64,000 nt of DNA from an uncultured Planctomycetota bacterium (GCA_963845755.1 CAWJTV010000029.1:160001-224000); one strand, 5' to 3'; shown: positions 1 to 9,828, numbered from the stretch's first letter. The notes: generated by a model from the letters alone, not told the origin. Translations and numbers: made by a program.

Positions 1-1819
1 CAGCCGACCGGCAAGAAGAGCAACTCGGCCGGGTTGAGGAGGCATTCGATCACCTGGGGCTTATCCAAGGCTTCGCCGGCCCCGCCGGAAACCGGGGCAT
101 CGAGCCCCATCGCGGAAGAGTCCGGGCTCTTGTGCAATAACGGCAGATCCCATGAGGGCGTGACCCGCACCTGCATCTTCCCCATCACGACGGCAAAAAG
201 TTCAACTCGTGAGATAATAATGCGAGGAGGCGATCGCGCCAGGAGAGCCGAGCCAGAGGGACCCAGGCCAAACGTCGTTCCCATGCAGAAACTCCGTGAA
301 GGGTCCGATCTCGGACCAGAGACCGGAGAGCTCGTCCCGATTGCGGCGGTCGTTCTCGACGACCCAGCACCGCCGATCCGAGGCGCCGTCGTCCCGGATC
401 ATCGCGACAAGCTCGGCCATCCTGAGCGTGCGGGGAGGCGGCTCCTCATCGGCCTTGAGATGATCGGCGGCGTAGGGACCGGGGCGTGCCGCGATCGCGC
501 AGTCGCCGAATCGTCGCGCGAGATCATCCAGGTTCCATCTCTTCAAGGCCGGCCAATCATTCATCATGCCACCGATAATAACAGGTCGGTTCTTGACGAC
601 GAAGTCCCGGACGAGATCGGTGCGGGTCGGGCGTTCGCGGCGTTCGATCTCCCCCGATCCGGGGTGGAGTTCGACGAACCTTCCGGTACATCGTGAGCAA
701 CCAGTCGCGCTTCTTCAGGCGGTTTCGTAGGCGCCAGGACCCCTGGAAATAGGGACTGCGCAGAATGCGACGGATCTCCTGATAAGATTCCTCCTCGGAG
801 TACCCTTTCCCGGCGAGAACTCGCACCATGCTTTCGTGCGAGCCTTCCATCATGAGATTCTCCGCGAGCCATCGGCGCCAAGAGTCGTCCATCTTCCGGC
901 TGATCGCCCCGGTCGGATTGCCGGCCGCGGTAAACGTGACGACCTCGTCTTCTTCGTCCTGACGATTCTCTTCAAAATACCAGGCAATTTCGCATCGATA
1001 CGACAGTTTGCGTTTCAGGCCCAGCGCGACCGGGTCCGGACGCGTCAACTCCGACGGAGAATCGGCTGCGACCTGGTCATCGAAGAGATGGGGTAATAGC
1101 ACGTTCGCCGCCGTGCCTCGCCGAGCCAGCTCCCCTAACATGCCCTGCGGAAGGTCGGGGAATGGAAAAAGCGTGACCCCTTCAGCTTGTGACAGCCAGT
1201 AGGCATGGATCACATTGAGATGCACCGTATCGGCCTGATTGTTGCCCGGCCGCGTCCCGTACAAGGCATGGATTCGACCGTCGAACCCGTTCCGTGCGAT
1301 CAGCGTCGCGATCTGGTATTCCTTCGCCAGGGTCGGCTTGGGAAACTCGCTCAGCGCCTCCTCCCAGCGTCGGTCATGGTAGCGCACCAGCTCATCTCGG
1401 ATGAGATGGGCCACCGGCTCGACCGCGACCACGCGACGGGCTCCTAACAAGACCCCGAAGATCAAGGCCGCCAGGCCGCCGAGTCCTTCTCCGAAGGTGA
1501 TGATTTCGCTCGGTTCAAGCCCGACGATCATCGATCGAAGCGAGGCCGAGACCGCATCGATGGTCCTGCCGAGCCCGGTCACACCCCGGAAAAAACCCGA
1601 TCGCTCGCTGTCGAAAAGGAAGACCCGGCTGAACGCGGGCGCATGGTGTCTTGCGATGTGCTCGAACAGCTCGGCATGTTCGAACGCACGCCCAGGTTCC
1701 TCGGCCCGCCCGAACACGAAGACGATCGGGGCATTGCGGCCGGCCCACTCGACCATGTATCCCTTGCGGCCACCCACCGTGTCGGGCCCCTCCCTCAGGA
1801 CGACTTCCTGCCTCGTCAC
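1..1819 (-). CDS. Fusion of an alpha/beta-hydrolase-like domain and a degenerate JmjC/cupin-like domain; two frameshifts (~650, ~205); runs off the window edge
   Basis: ORF 557..1819 has GEGLGG at the nucleophile elbow, then WRRWLAENL...RNRLKKRDWL as in 3336..5429. It continues in ORF 202..567 (MNDWPALKRWNLD) and, after another shift, reads ELFAVVMGKMQVRVTPSWDLP...LNPAELLFLPVG, colinear with the JmjC paralog. Confidence 0.75.
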
Positions 1820-1983
1820 AATGGAAATCCTCGCTCGACTTCTTCGGCGGCGGCCGTCTCAACACAAGACCCCGGAACAACGACTCGCCGACTCGGAATT
1901 CGTGAAAGACTCGGAAAAAATCGCGATTGTCGCAAGGGAACCGGGCTCAAGAGGGAGGGTTTCTTCCTGACGCCAGTGGAATC

Positions 1984-2012
1984 CTCGTTCCCATGCACTG
2001 CGTGGGAACGAG
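1984..2012. repeat. REP-like palindrome of the RAYT-flanking family
   Basis: ctcgttcccatgcactgcgtgggaacgag resembles the ctcgttcccacgctccgcgtgggaa arms flanking the RAYT at 38139. Confidence 0.75.
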
Positions 2013-2211
2013 AGCACCCGGTATCGTTGCGACAGTCTCAAAACATTCGATACTCAAGGTCCAATCAACGCAAGGCCTCACTCGGCGACAACTTGCATCT
2101 ATCTTCAATTTGGCATTTACTATTTTGAATCGATCCCTTCACGGCCTTTCAGCCCGCCCGATGGACCACGAAGCCGAACGATCGAGCCGGCATGACGGGC
2201 CCTGATCGACC

Positions 2212-3048
2212 TTACGAGGCCCGGCAGGCAAAGGTTACGGCTCTGGAATCGTTCCAGTGCCGGTCAGTGCGCAGCAACCGGACGAACAGGTCGTCGAGCT
2301 GCCGATGCTCGGTCAACCACTGGACCACGGCGCGATTCGAATCGGGGTACGGGTGGAGATGGACATTGTGAAGCCGCGACAACCGAAGGGCGTGCATGGC
2401 GTCGAGATTCCCCGAGATGCCGTCGTCACGCCCTGGGTGCGTCCCGAAGACCAGATGGAGTTCCCCTCGAAAATCCACGGCCGCCCCGAGCTGGAGCAGA
2501 TCATCGTAGACAGACCGGGGTGGATCGGCCTCCAACTCCTCCATGACCGCCAGGAAGCGGCGATCGCCATGACAGGCCGCTTCGGAAGCCTTCAGATGGG
2601 ACAGGGTGACGAACGCAACGATCTGGTCCGCGTTCAGGAGCATGCCGAACATGATCGCGCCGTAGCCCCCCATTCCCTGTCCGACGGTGATCACCCGACT
2701 CGGCCGGATCGACCCGATGAGCCCCCTCAGGGTCGCCGCGACCTCATCCACATGGGCTCCCAATCCGGGAATCCCCCTGTGATACCAGGCGTTGACCGTG
2801 TCGCGAATCAGGAGGCGATTGTGCGGGACGTCGATCGATCCTTCCAGCCTCTTCAGGGACGCGAAGAAAGCGAAGGCCGGCAAGTGGTGCCAATCGGCGA
2901 ATGCGAAGCTGATGAACATGGGCTGACCGGGGAAACAACGGTCGATCAGGCACCCGATCTTCGGGTTCCAACGCGCGGTCTCCACCGCGGCGTTCGTGAG
3001 CTCGACCACATCCGAGAGCCTCGTGGCAGTCATGAAGCTGGATCTCAT
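2212..3048 (-). CDS. Alpha/beta-hydrolase-fold protein lacking the catalytic Ser; paralog of the N-terminal domain of 1..1819
   Basis: LLIRDTVNAWYHRGIPGLG...ITVGQGMGGYGAIMFGMLL...DAMHALRL aligns with FLFDSERSGFFRGVTGLG...ITFGEGLGGLAALIFGVLL...NVIHAYWL. Start uncertain (ORF open to 3105). Confidence 0.7.
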   Translation of the reverse strand: MRSSFMTATRLSDVVELTNAAVETARWNPKIGCLIDRCFPGQPMFISFAFADWHHLPAFAFFASLKRLEGSIDVPHNRLLIRDTVNAWYHRGIPGLGAHVDEVAATLRGLIGSIRPSRVITVGQGMGGYGAIMFGMLLNADQIVAFVTLSHLKASEAACHGDRRFLAVMEELEADPPRSVYDDLLQLGAAVDFRGELHLVFGTHPGRDDGISGNLDAMHALRLSRLHNVHLHPYPDSNRAVVQWLTEHRQLDDLFVRLLRTDRHWNDSRAVTFACRAS

Positions 3049-3335
3049 GGAATAGCCCTGGCAACTGCTCGACTTCGTCTCGATGGTCCCGGCTCGACCG
3101 AACATCCCGGTCGATGTCGCCGATGCGCCTGCCCTGGCGTCGGAGCCGGCTCGCGAGCCCTGCTGCGCGGGCCGGTCGCCCGATCGTGGGCAAGGATGTC
3201 CCTCATGGAAACGCCCGAGATTTCTCCCGACGCGGACGCGAATGAGGCCTGCGCACCGATTCGCCCGCGGACGCGGGAAGCCGGCCCCCCGTCATGTCGC
3301 CGCGGGGGCAGCTCCCTGCTCCGCGCCGTTCGAAC

Positions 3336-5429
3336 TCAAAGCGGACAGTAAGTCGTATAGAAGCTGGAGTAATCATTATCGAAAACGAAGTTGGTGAACG
3401 AGATCGTCACGGTGATGTCCAACCCCTGGACGTAGTGCATGCAGCCGATCGGCAGGAACAAGATTTCGCCCGGATTGAGGATGAACTCCAGGATCTGCGG
3501 CTGCTCGAGGGTGGGCCGGGCAGTCGGCGTCGCGACACGGCCATCGATCTGCGAGAAACAGTGGAGATAGTTGCGCATCAGCGGCATGTCCCACGACGGC
3601 ACGATCCTGAGCAGCTTTCGGCCGATGACCTGCGCCATGAAATTGTTGGTGAGGTCATGATGGAACGGCGTGACCGTGCCGGCCGGTCCCATCCAGAAAA
3701 AGCCCCCGGGTGGATTGTTCGTCAGATACTCCGGGATCTGCACGATGTCATCCCACAATTCGGATAGCGTGCTGCGGTTCGAGGTGCTGTTGTTGGCGGT
3801 GAGGTAAAAATCGTTGGTGTCGGCGGACGTGCGCACCTTCTCGATGAACTCGCTGAACTTGATCCGGCTGACATACTTCTGCCTCTCAACTTCATAATTC
3901 GGGCTCGCGTTGCGGCCCATCTGCACCTCGACGATCCGATCGCCGAACTTCTGCGAGAAGTAGTCGAGGCTCCACTTCCGGATGGCGACCCAATCGTCCA
4001 TCATACCGGTGATGATCACGGGCCGATTCGCGCTGTAGTACTCGCAAAGGAATTCGTCACGCGACAGGCGATGACGCCGTTCGACCGTGGCCGACTGGGG
4101 ATGGAGTCGGTTGCTCTTCCGATAGGCCGTGAACAGCCAGTCGCGCTTCTTGATTCGATTACGCAGGATCTCTGCACCCCTGAGATAGGGACTCTGCTGG
4201 GCCAGGCGGATCTCGTAGGCCGCTTCGTCGGCGGCGAACCCGATGGATTTCATGGTCTCGAGCATGCTCTCGATCGGCTGGCCGATCAACAGATTCTCGG
4301 AAATCCACCGGCGCCATTCATCGTTGACCTGGTAGCCAGCCGCCGGATTCGGCTTCGCCGCGGCAGCCTGAGGCGAATCATCACTGACCACGACCGGCCG
4401 CGAGACCTCGGGATGAGGTCGCAACGAACCATCCTGGCGCGGTTCGAGGGTGATCATCGTGGGGGTGCTCTGGGGGCGACGCGGTTCCATGGGAGTCCCT
4501 CGTGATAGATTCGTGTGCGAGGAGGTTGGCTCGAGAGGTTCGATGGGTTGACCGCCCTCGCCCGACGGACGAGGGCTTCCCGATCCGACATCCATGCCGT
4601 TCCGACCGTTGAGGTTGGAGGTCTCGGGATTCGTGGACGGATACTGCACTTTTGGTGGCTTGATCTTGACCATGTGGTAGGTCATGGCCTCGCGCCCACT
4701 CGCGTCGTGGCCCTGGAAGTAGTCGCGCTGCCACTCATCGGGCTTGACCTCGCCCTTGATCTTCTGGTCGTGGAACTGCTTCCGACTCCGGTCCCACTCC
4801 TGGTAGGCACGCTCCAATTCGGGATCGTCCGCGAGCTTCTGGTACGACACCAACGCCCCCTCCAGGTCGGCGCAAATGTTGTTCATCAGCGGGATGGCCT
4901 GGAACAACGGCTCACCCTGCTCGAACCGAACGGGGCGATCGGGGGTCATGACCTTGTAGTTCATCGTGAACGACATGCTGATCCAGTCGCTCTCGATCAG
5001 GGCCATCAGAGGATGAGCATTCTCCTTGAAGGAGTTGCTCGGGCCGCAAACCAGAAGGCGCGACCCCTCCGGTTTGGTCCGGAACAGGAACGGCGTGGTC
5101 CAGGTGATGATCCCCTCACCGAAATGATTGGTGATCGAATGTGCCCAGACTTCCGGTGAGACGTCGAACGCGAAATCGAAGCTACCGGGATGAGAACCAC
5201 CACGCCAGGTCGCGGTGAAGCCGACCGGATTCTTGATCCACCAGCCCGTCTGGTTCATGATGGTCAGTGGTAGACACCGATACGCGTGTCGCCGCGGCGT
5301 GTTGTCCATCCACTCGCGCTGCCAGTCCGCCCAGGACCACTCCCAGCCCGTCCCATCCGTGCGGTTCTGCTTCATCACCACATCTTCCGTGAGCTGATAG
5401 ATGTGAAGTTCGAGTCGTGGATGATCCAT
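3336..5429 (-). CDS. DUF6065-like domain fused through a disordered linker to a JmjC (cupin-like 8) 2OG/Fe(II) oxygenase
   Basis: N-terminal REWMDNTPRRHAYRCLPLTIMNQTGW...IESDW...FTMNY. C-terminal NRPVIITGMMDDW, FWMGPAGTVTPFHHD, QVIGRK and LNPGEILFLPIGCMHYV give an intact HxD...H triad. Confidence 0.85.
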   Translation of the reverse strand: MDHPRLELHIYQLTEDVVMKQNRTDGTGWEWSWADWQREWMDNTPRRHAYRCLPLTIMNQTGWWIKNPVGFTATWRGGSHPGSFDFAFDVSPEVWAHSITNHFGEGIITWTTPFLFRTKPEGSRLLVCGPSNSFKENAHPLMALIESDWISMSFTMNYKVMTPDRPVRFEQGEPLFQAIPLMNNICADLEGALVSYQKLADDPELERAYQEWDRSRKQFHDQKIKGEVKPDEWQRDYFQGHDASGREAMTYHMVKIKPPKVQYPSTNPETSNLNGRNGMDVGSGSPRPSGEGGQPIEPLEPTSSHTNLSRGTPMEPRRPQSTPTMITLEPRQDGSLRPHPEVSRPVVVSDDSPQAAAAKPNPAAGYQVNDEWRRWISENLLIGQPIESMLETMKSIGFAADEAAYEIRLAQQSPYLRGAEILRNRIKKRDWLFTAYRKSNRLHPQSATVERRHRLSRDEFLCEYYSANRPVIITGMMDDWVAIRKWSLDYFSQKFGDRIVEVQMGRNASPNYEVERQKYVSRIKFSEFIEKVRTSADTNDFYLTANNSTSNRSTLSELWDDIVQIPEYLTNNPPGGFFWMGPAGTVTPFHHDLTNNFMAQVIGRKLLRIVPSWDMPLMRNYLHCFSQIDGRVATPTARPTLEQPQILEFILNPGEILFLPIGCMHYVQGLDITVTISFTNFVFDNDYSSFYTTYCPL

Positions 5430-5867
5430 GAATCAACCCTCATTCTCGTTTTTCCATGGAAACTCCCCAACGATGCGGGCTCGTTTGGGTCTGTCTGAGA
5501 ATCGCGAGCGATCCATTCTACCCTAGCCGTGGAGGTCCTGAAGAGCAATCGAGTGAGCGAACCGACTCGTGTGGTCATGACCTATCGACTACATCGAATA
5601 GATGGATCGAAGACGACATCCAGCCCGACGATCGGCATCGAAAAGTGTTTCAGTGGGATGACCCGTAAACGAACTACGAAGGCCAGGCTTCCCGGAGCAA
5701 ACCCGGCACCCATTCCTCCGGAGCGCCTGACCGCATGCTTATTGCCGTGTAAAAGCTATCTGACGTGAAAAATCATCGCTGTGAGCACCACGTAGAGAAA
5801 TTCCCTAGCTGGCACTTCGGGCTCGTACGAGCAACCCAAACGTTAGCGACGCTAGGCGGCCAGTAGA

Positions 5868-6017
5868 GTCGTCCTCCGTAGGATCCCTGCGCCGTGCGCG
5901 CCTCTGGGGATTCCGAATTCCGGATTCGGGATTCCGGATTCCCGGATCATTCCCCTTCGGGAATCCGGAATCGCGAATCGGGAATCCCGATCGGGTTGCG
6001 GCCGCAGGCCGCGTTAG
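5868..6017 (-). repeat. ~150-bp palindromic repeat element, single copy (same family as the 13296..13726 array)
   Basis: Reverse complement matches the 13.3-kb unit: gcggcc-tgc-ggccgc hairpin, GGATTCC/GGAATCC heptamer arms and gcgcaggga.cctacggagga tail. Confidence 0.9.
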
Positions 6018-6136
6018 GGAATTCCTGATGCGTACCCGGCTCGTTCCCGGATAGATCCGGCGGGAAAACCCAGTACCTAGGTAGGGTTTTCCCGCCGCTC
6101 GCCTGAACGCGGCCAAGGGCCGAGTCGGGCAATCCA

Positions 6137-7732
6137 TCATGGCGTCGGCGTCGGGGGCGGCGTCGGCGTCGGAGGCGTCGGCGTCGGGGGCGGCGTCGGC
6201 GTCGGAGGCGTCGGCGTGGGCGGTGGCGTCGGCGTCGGAGGCGTCGGCGTCGGGGGTGGCGTCGGCGTCGGAGGCGTCGGCGTCGGGGGCGGCGTCGGCG
6301 TCGGAGGCGTCGGCGTGGGCGGTGGCGTCGGCGTCGGAGGCGTCGGCGTCGGGCGGTCGGCGTCGGCGTCGGGGTGGCGTCGGCGTCGGGGGCGTGGCGT
6401 CGGCGTCGGGGGCGTCGGCGTGGGCGGTGGCGTCGGCGTCGGGGGCGTCGGCGTGGGCGGTGGCGTCGGCGTCGGGGGCGGTGTGGGCGGAGGCGTCGGC
6501 GTCGGGGGCGTCGGCGTGGGGGGTGGCGTCGGCGTCGGGGGCGTCGGTGTGGGCGGAGGCGTCGGCGTCGGAGGCGTCGGCGTCGGCGGTGGCGTCGGCG
6601 TCGGAGGCGTCGGCGTGGGTGGTGGCGTCGGCGTCGGAGGCGTCGGCGTCGGGGGCGGCGTCGGCGTCGGAGGCGTCGGCGTCGGGGGCGGCGTCGGCGT
6701 CGGAGGCGTCGGCGTCGGGGGCGGCGTCGGCGTCGGAGGCGTCGGTGTGGGTGGTGGCGTCGGCGTCGGAGGCGTCGGCGTCGGGGGTGGCGTCGGCGTC
6801 GGAGGCGTCGGCGTGGGTGGTGGCGTCGGCGTCGGAGGCGTCGGCGTGGGTGGTGGCGTCGGCGTCGGAGGCGTCGGCGTGGGTGGTGGCGTCGGCGTCG
6901 GAGGCGTCGGCGTCGGGGGTGGCGTCGGCGTCGGAGGCGTCGGCGTGGGTGGCGGCGTCGGCGTCGGAGGCGTCGGCGTGGGTGGCGGCGTCGGCGTCGG
7001 AGGCGTCGGCGTCGGGGGCGGTGTTGGCGTCGGTGGTGTCGGTGTGGGCGGAGGCGTCGGCGTCGGGGGTGTCGGCGTCGGGGGTGGCGTCGGCGTCGGA
7101 GGCGTCGGTGTGGGTGTCGGCGTCGGAGGCGTCGGTGTGGGAGGGGGAGTTGGGATTGGGCCGATGACGATTCCAGCCGCCTGGGCGACGTTGATGAAGC
7201 TCTGGGCCACCTGCTCACGACTCACACCCGAACCCAACTTGCGGAGCCAGAGGTTGAACTCCGTCGTAGTGGGTGTCTGATGCAGAACGTTCGTGTAGAG
7301 AGAAGTCACATAAGAAGGGGCCGAGCCGAACAGATCCACGCCCGCTTTCAGGAGGATTTGCTGTCGCTCGGACGAATTGAGCAGAACGGCGCGCAGGCCT
7401 TTCTTGCTGATTTCCCCGCTACGGAGTGCCGGTACCCACTGAGACACCTCGCCGTTAGTCGGCGCGCGCAGAAGGATGGCCTCGTACTGGGCGATCACGA
7501 ACAGTCCGGCGGGCGAGGTATCAATACCGCTGTCCAGGCCAGTTTGACCACCGGTTGCCGCCGGTTGGGCAAGAGTCGCCGACTCCTCTTTGCCCCGACC
7601 AGCCGTCGATAGGAGCTGGCGTTTCTCAAGAGCCGCGGCCAATGCGGCAAGCTCAGGGGAGTAGCGTCGCTTCGGGCGAAAGTACTTCGAGGGTCCCATC
7701 TCTCGCATGAGCTTCTTCAGCTTCCGGAACAT
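6137..7732 (-). CDS. Exported surface protein: planctomycete LExRxLLS-type leader, DUF4214-like domains and a ~340-aa C-terminal Pro/Thr repeat
   Basis: KRRYSPEL...LEKRQLLS leader. FVIAQYEAILLRAP...W and YVTSLYTNVLHQTP...WLRKLGSGVSREQVAQSF are DUF4214-like. (PPPTPTPPTPT)n runs to the stop codon. Confidence 0.85.
   Translation of the reverse strand: MFRKLKKLMREMGPSKYFRPKRRYSPELAALAAALEKRQLLSTAGRGKEESATLAQPAATGGQTGLDSGIDTSPAGLFVIAQYEAILLRAPTNGEVSQWVPALRSGEISKKGLRAVLLNSSERQQILLKAGVDLFGSAPSYVTSLYTNVLHQTPTTTEFNLWLRKLGSGVSREQVAQSFINVAQAAGIVIGPIPTPPPTPTPPTPTPTPTPPTPTPPPTPTPPTPTPPPTPTPPTPTPPPTPTPPTPTPPPTPTPPTPTPPPTPTPPTPTPPPTPTPPTPTPPPTPTPPTPTPPPTPTPPTPTPPPTPTPPTPTPPPTPTPPTPTPPPTPTPPTPTPPPTPTPPTPTPPPTPTPPTPTPPPTPTPPTPTPPPTPTPPTPTPPPTPTPPTPTPPPTPTPPTPTPPPTPTPPTPTPPPTPPPTPTPPPTPTPPTPTPPPTPTPPTPTPRPRRRRHPDADADRPTPTPPTPTPPPTPTPPTPTPPPTPTPPTPTPPPTPTPPTPTPPPTPTPPTPTPPPTPTPPTPTPPPTPTP
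6140..7155 (-). repeat. Coding tandem repeat, 33-bp unit encoding PPPTPTPPTPT, roughly 30 copies
   Basis: Plus-strand unit ggcgtcggcgtcgggggcggcgtcggcgtcgga with synonymous variants. Short out-of-frame patch near 6350-6400. Confidence 0.95.
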
Positions 7733-8107
7733 TCGGGCGCCTCCTCAGGGTGTAGGTTGCGAAAAACGGAAACCAGTCCTCTGAAAGGAAGACTGGGCGG
7801 TGGACCTGGGTTCGACTCACAATCTCCGAGATCTCGCGTCGATGCGCACGCAAGCATTGTGCCAAGTTTCGAGAAAATGAGGGGGATAGGATGAGTTTGA
7901 TTGCAATCCCACAGTCGGGATCCCTTGCCTCCGTATGAAGGAAGCGTTAACAGAGGTCCAACTCTTCTCAGTCGAAACGAATGGTCTTATTTACGCAATC
8001 TACGCCACCTTCCATAGACTGTCACCAATCTTTTGGCTCGAGCCCATCGAAACAACAAAGATTTACAATGCGTCGCGACAACTTCCGGCAGCAAAACTTG
8101 ATGAATC

Positions 8108-8129
8108 TATAATATATTCATATATTATA
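8108..8129. promoter_or_regulatory. AT-only inverted repeat, candidate operator in the divergent intergenic region
   Basis: TATAATATAT-tc-ATATATTATA has perfect 10-bp arms, contains TATAAT and lies in an AT-rich patch. Confidence 0.4.
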
Positions 8130-8523
8130 TCATTGAGATTCGAAAATGGTCCGGGCTGGCCCGTAAGTTGTTTCGTCTCGTGGACTTTCGGAGTATCGCG
8201 CGGCCAGATTATTCGAGCGTAGGGGCGGTGGAGGTGCGAGGCGCGTGCCGAGACATCAAGGCGGCGTCCTGGGTAAGTTGCATGAATGCTCGTCGGCGAC
8301 ATTTTTGCGGCCGGACCCTCGACCAGGTCGCAGGCCAACCGAACCCCTTCGCGTCGTCGGTCTCCGAACCGACGACGGCGATCCCGGCGACGAGAACGCC
8401 ATCGGTGACACGAAGGATCGAGTTCCCGTTGCATATCACGCGCCAAAGTCCGTACTCTCGATGATTCCAAGCGGGATAGCGTCGAAGGGCCGACATGGAT
8501 CGAAGCAGGAACCGGGAATTGCG

Positions 8524-9828
8524 ATGGCACACGTGACGATTGGTTTGATCGGGCTCGGCACGGTCGGTACCGGAGTCGCGAGGCTGTTGACCGAGTATCC
8601 CGAACGATTGGCTCGGCGCTGCGGCCGTGCCATTCGTTGGAAATGGGTGGCCGTCCGCGACCCGAGCAAGCCGCGGGGTATTTGCCTCGACGGCGTGAGC
8701 GTGACGACCGACGTGGAGCGGATCCTGGATGATCCCGAGGTGGATGTCGTGATCGAGACCATGGGTGGGACGGATCCGGCCCTCCGTTATGTGACGACGG
8801 CGCTGGCGGCAGGAAAGGATGTCGTCACGGCCAACAAGGCCCTCCTGGCCGAACATGGGGCGCGGGTCTTCGCCCAGGCGCGCGCCTCGGGTCGGGCCCT
8901 GGCGTTCGAGGGCAGCGTGGGCGGCGGCATCCCCATCGTCCAGGCGCTGGGCGTTGCCCTGGCGGCCAACCAGGTGCAGAGCCTGGCCGCGATCGTCAAT
9001 GGCACATGCAACTTCATCCTGACCCGGATGACCCGCGAATGCCTGCCCTATGAAGACGCCCTGAGGCAGGCCCAGCAGCTCGGCTACGCCGAGGCCGATC
9101 CGACGCTCGACGTCGACGGCACCGACACGGCGCACAAGCTCACCATCCTGGCGCAGCTCGCCTTCGAAGCCGACGTCCGGCTCGATGCCATCCCGCGCCA
9201 GGGGATCGACCGGCTCCTGCCGGCCGATCTGAAGTATTCCGGAGAGCTGGGATATCGGATCAAGCTGCTGGCCCTGGCGAAGCTGTCGGCCGCCGGACTG
9301 GAGTTGCGAGTGGCCCCGACCCTGGTCCGGCAGGGGACGCCGCTGGCGGAGATCAGCGGGCCGTACAATGCCATCCGCGTGGTTGGCGACGTCGTGGGCG
9401 ATACGCTGTTCTACGGCCGCGGTGCCGGCGCGTTACCGACGGCCTCCGCCATCGTGGGCGACTTGATCGCCGTCGTGAGCGACCGGGCGGGCCTCCCCTC
9501 ACATCTGCGTAACCTGTGGTCGGAATCGGCACCGAGGATGGTCATGACTCCGACGAGCCAGGTCAGGAGCCGGTACTACCTCCGCTTCACCATCGCCGAC
9601 CGCCCCGGCGTACTGGCGCGGCTGGCCCAGATCCTCGGTGAGCGCGGGATCAGCATCGCCAGCGTCATCCAGCACGACCCCGGCGACGACGCCCCCGAGC
9701 AGAGCCCGGTCCCGCTGGTCATCATGACCCACCTGGCCATCCAGGCGGATCTCCATGCGGCCCTTGCCGTGATCGACCGACTGGACGTGGTCCACGCGCC
9801 GAGCGTATGCCTCGGCGTCGAAGATTGA
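8524..9828 (+). CDS. hom: Homoserine dehydrogenase with C-terminal ACT domain
   Basis: IGLIGLGTVGTG, VVTANKALLA, FEGSVGGGIP, NGTCNFIL, GYAEADPTLDVDG, GRGAGALPTASA; ACT domain DRPGVLA. Confidence 0.97.
   Translation: MAHVTIGLIGLGTVGTGVARLLTEYPERLARRCGRAIRWKWVAVRDPSKPRGICLDGVSVTTDVERILDDPEVDVVIETMGGTDPALRYVTTALAAGKDVVTANKALLAEHGARVFAQARASGRALAFEGSVGGGIPIVQALGVALAANQVQSLAAIVNGTCNFILTRMTRECLPYEDALRQAQQLGYAEADPTLDVDGTDTAHKLTILAQLAFEADVRLDAIPRQGIDRLLPADLKYSGELGYRIKLLALAKLSAAGLELRVAPTLVRQGTPLAEISGPYNAIRVVGDVVGDTLFYGRGAGALPTASAIVGDLIAVVSDRAGLPSHLRNLWSESAPRMVMTPTSQVRSRYYLRFTIADRPGVLARLAQILGERGISIASVIQHDPGDDAPEQSPVPLVIMTHLAIQADLHAALAVIDRLDVVHAPSVCLGVED

Noticed and set aside
5947..7612. Long poly-Arg, Ala-Ser and Gly-Val ORFs in other frames
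   Set aside because: Shadow frames of the 33-bp repeat. Only the PT frame is joined to a leader and recognisable domains.
8245..8523. N-terminal extension of homoserine dehydrogenase
   Set aside because: Homology begins at MAHVTIGLIG (8524); the upstream in-frame sequence looks non-coding.
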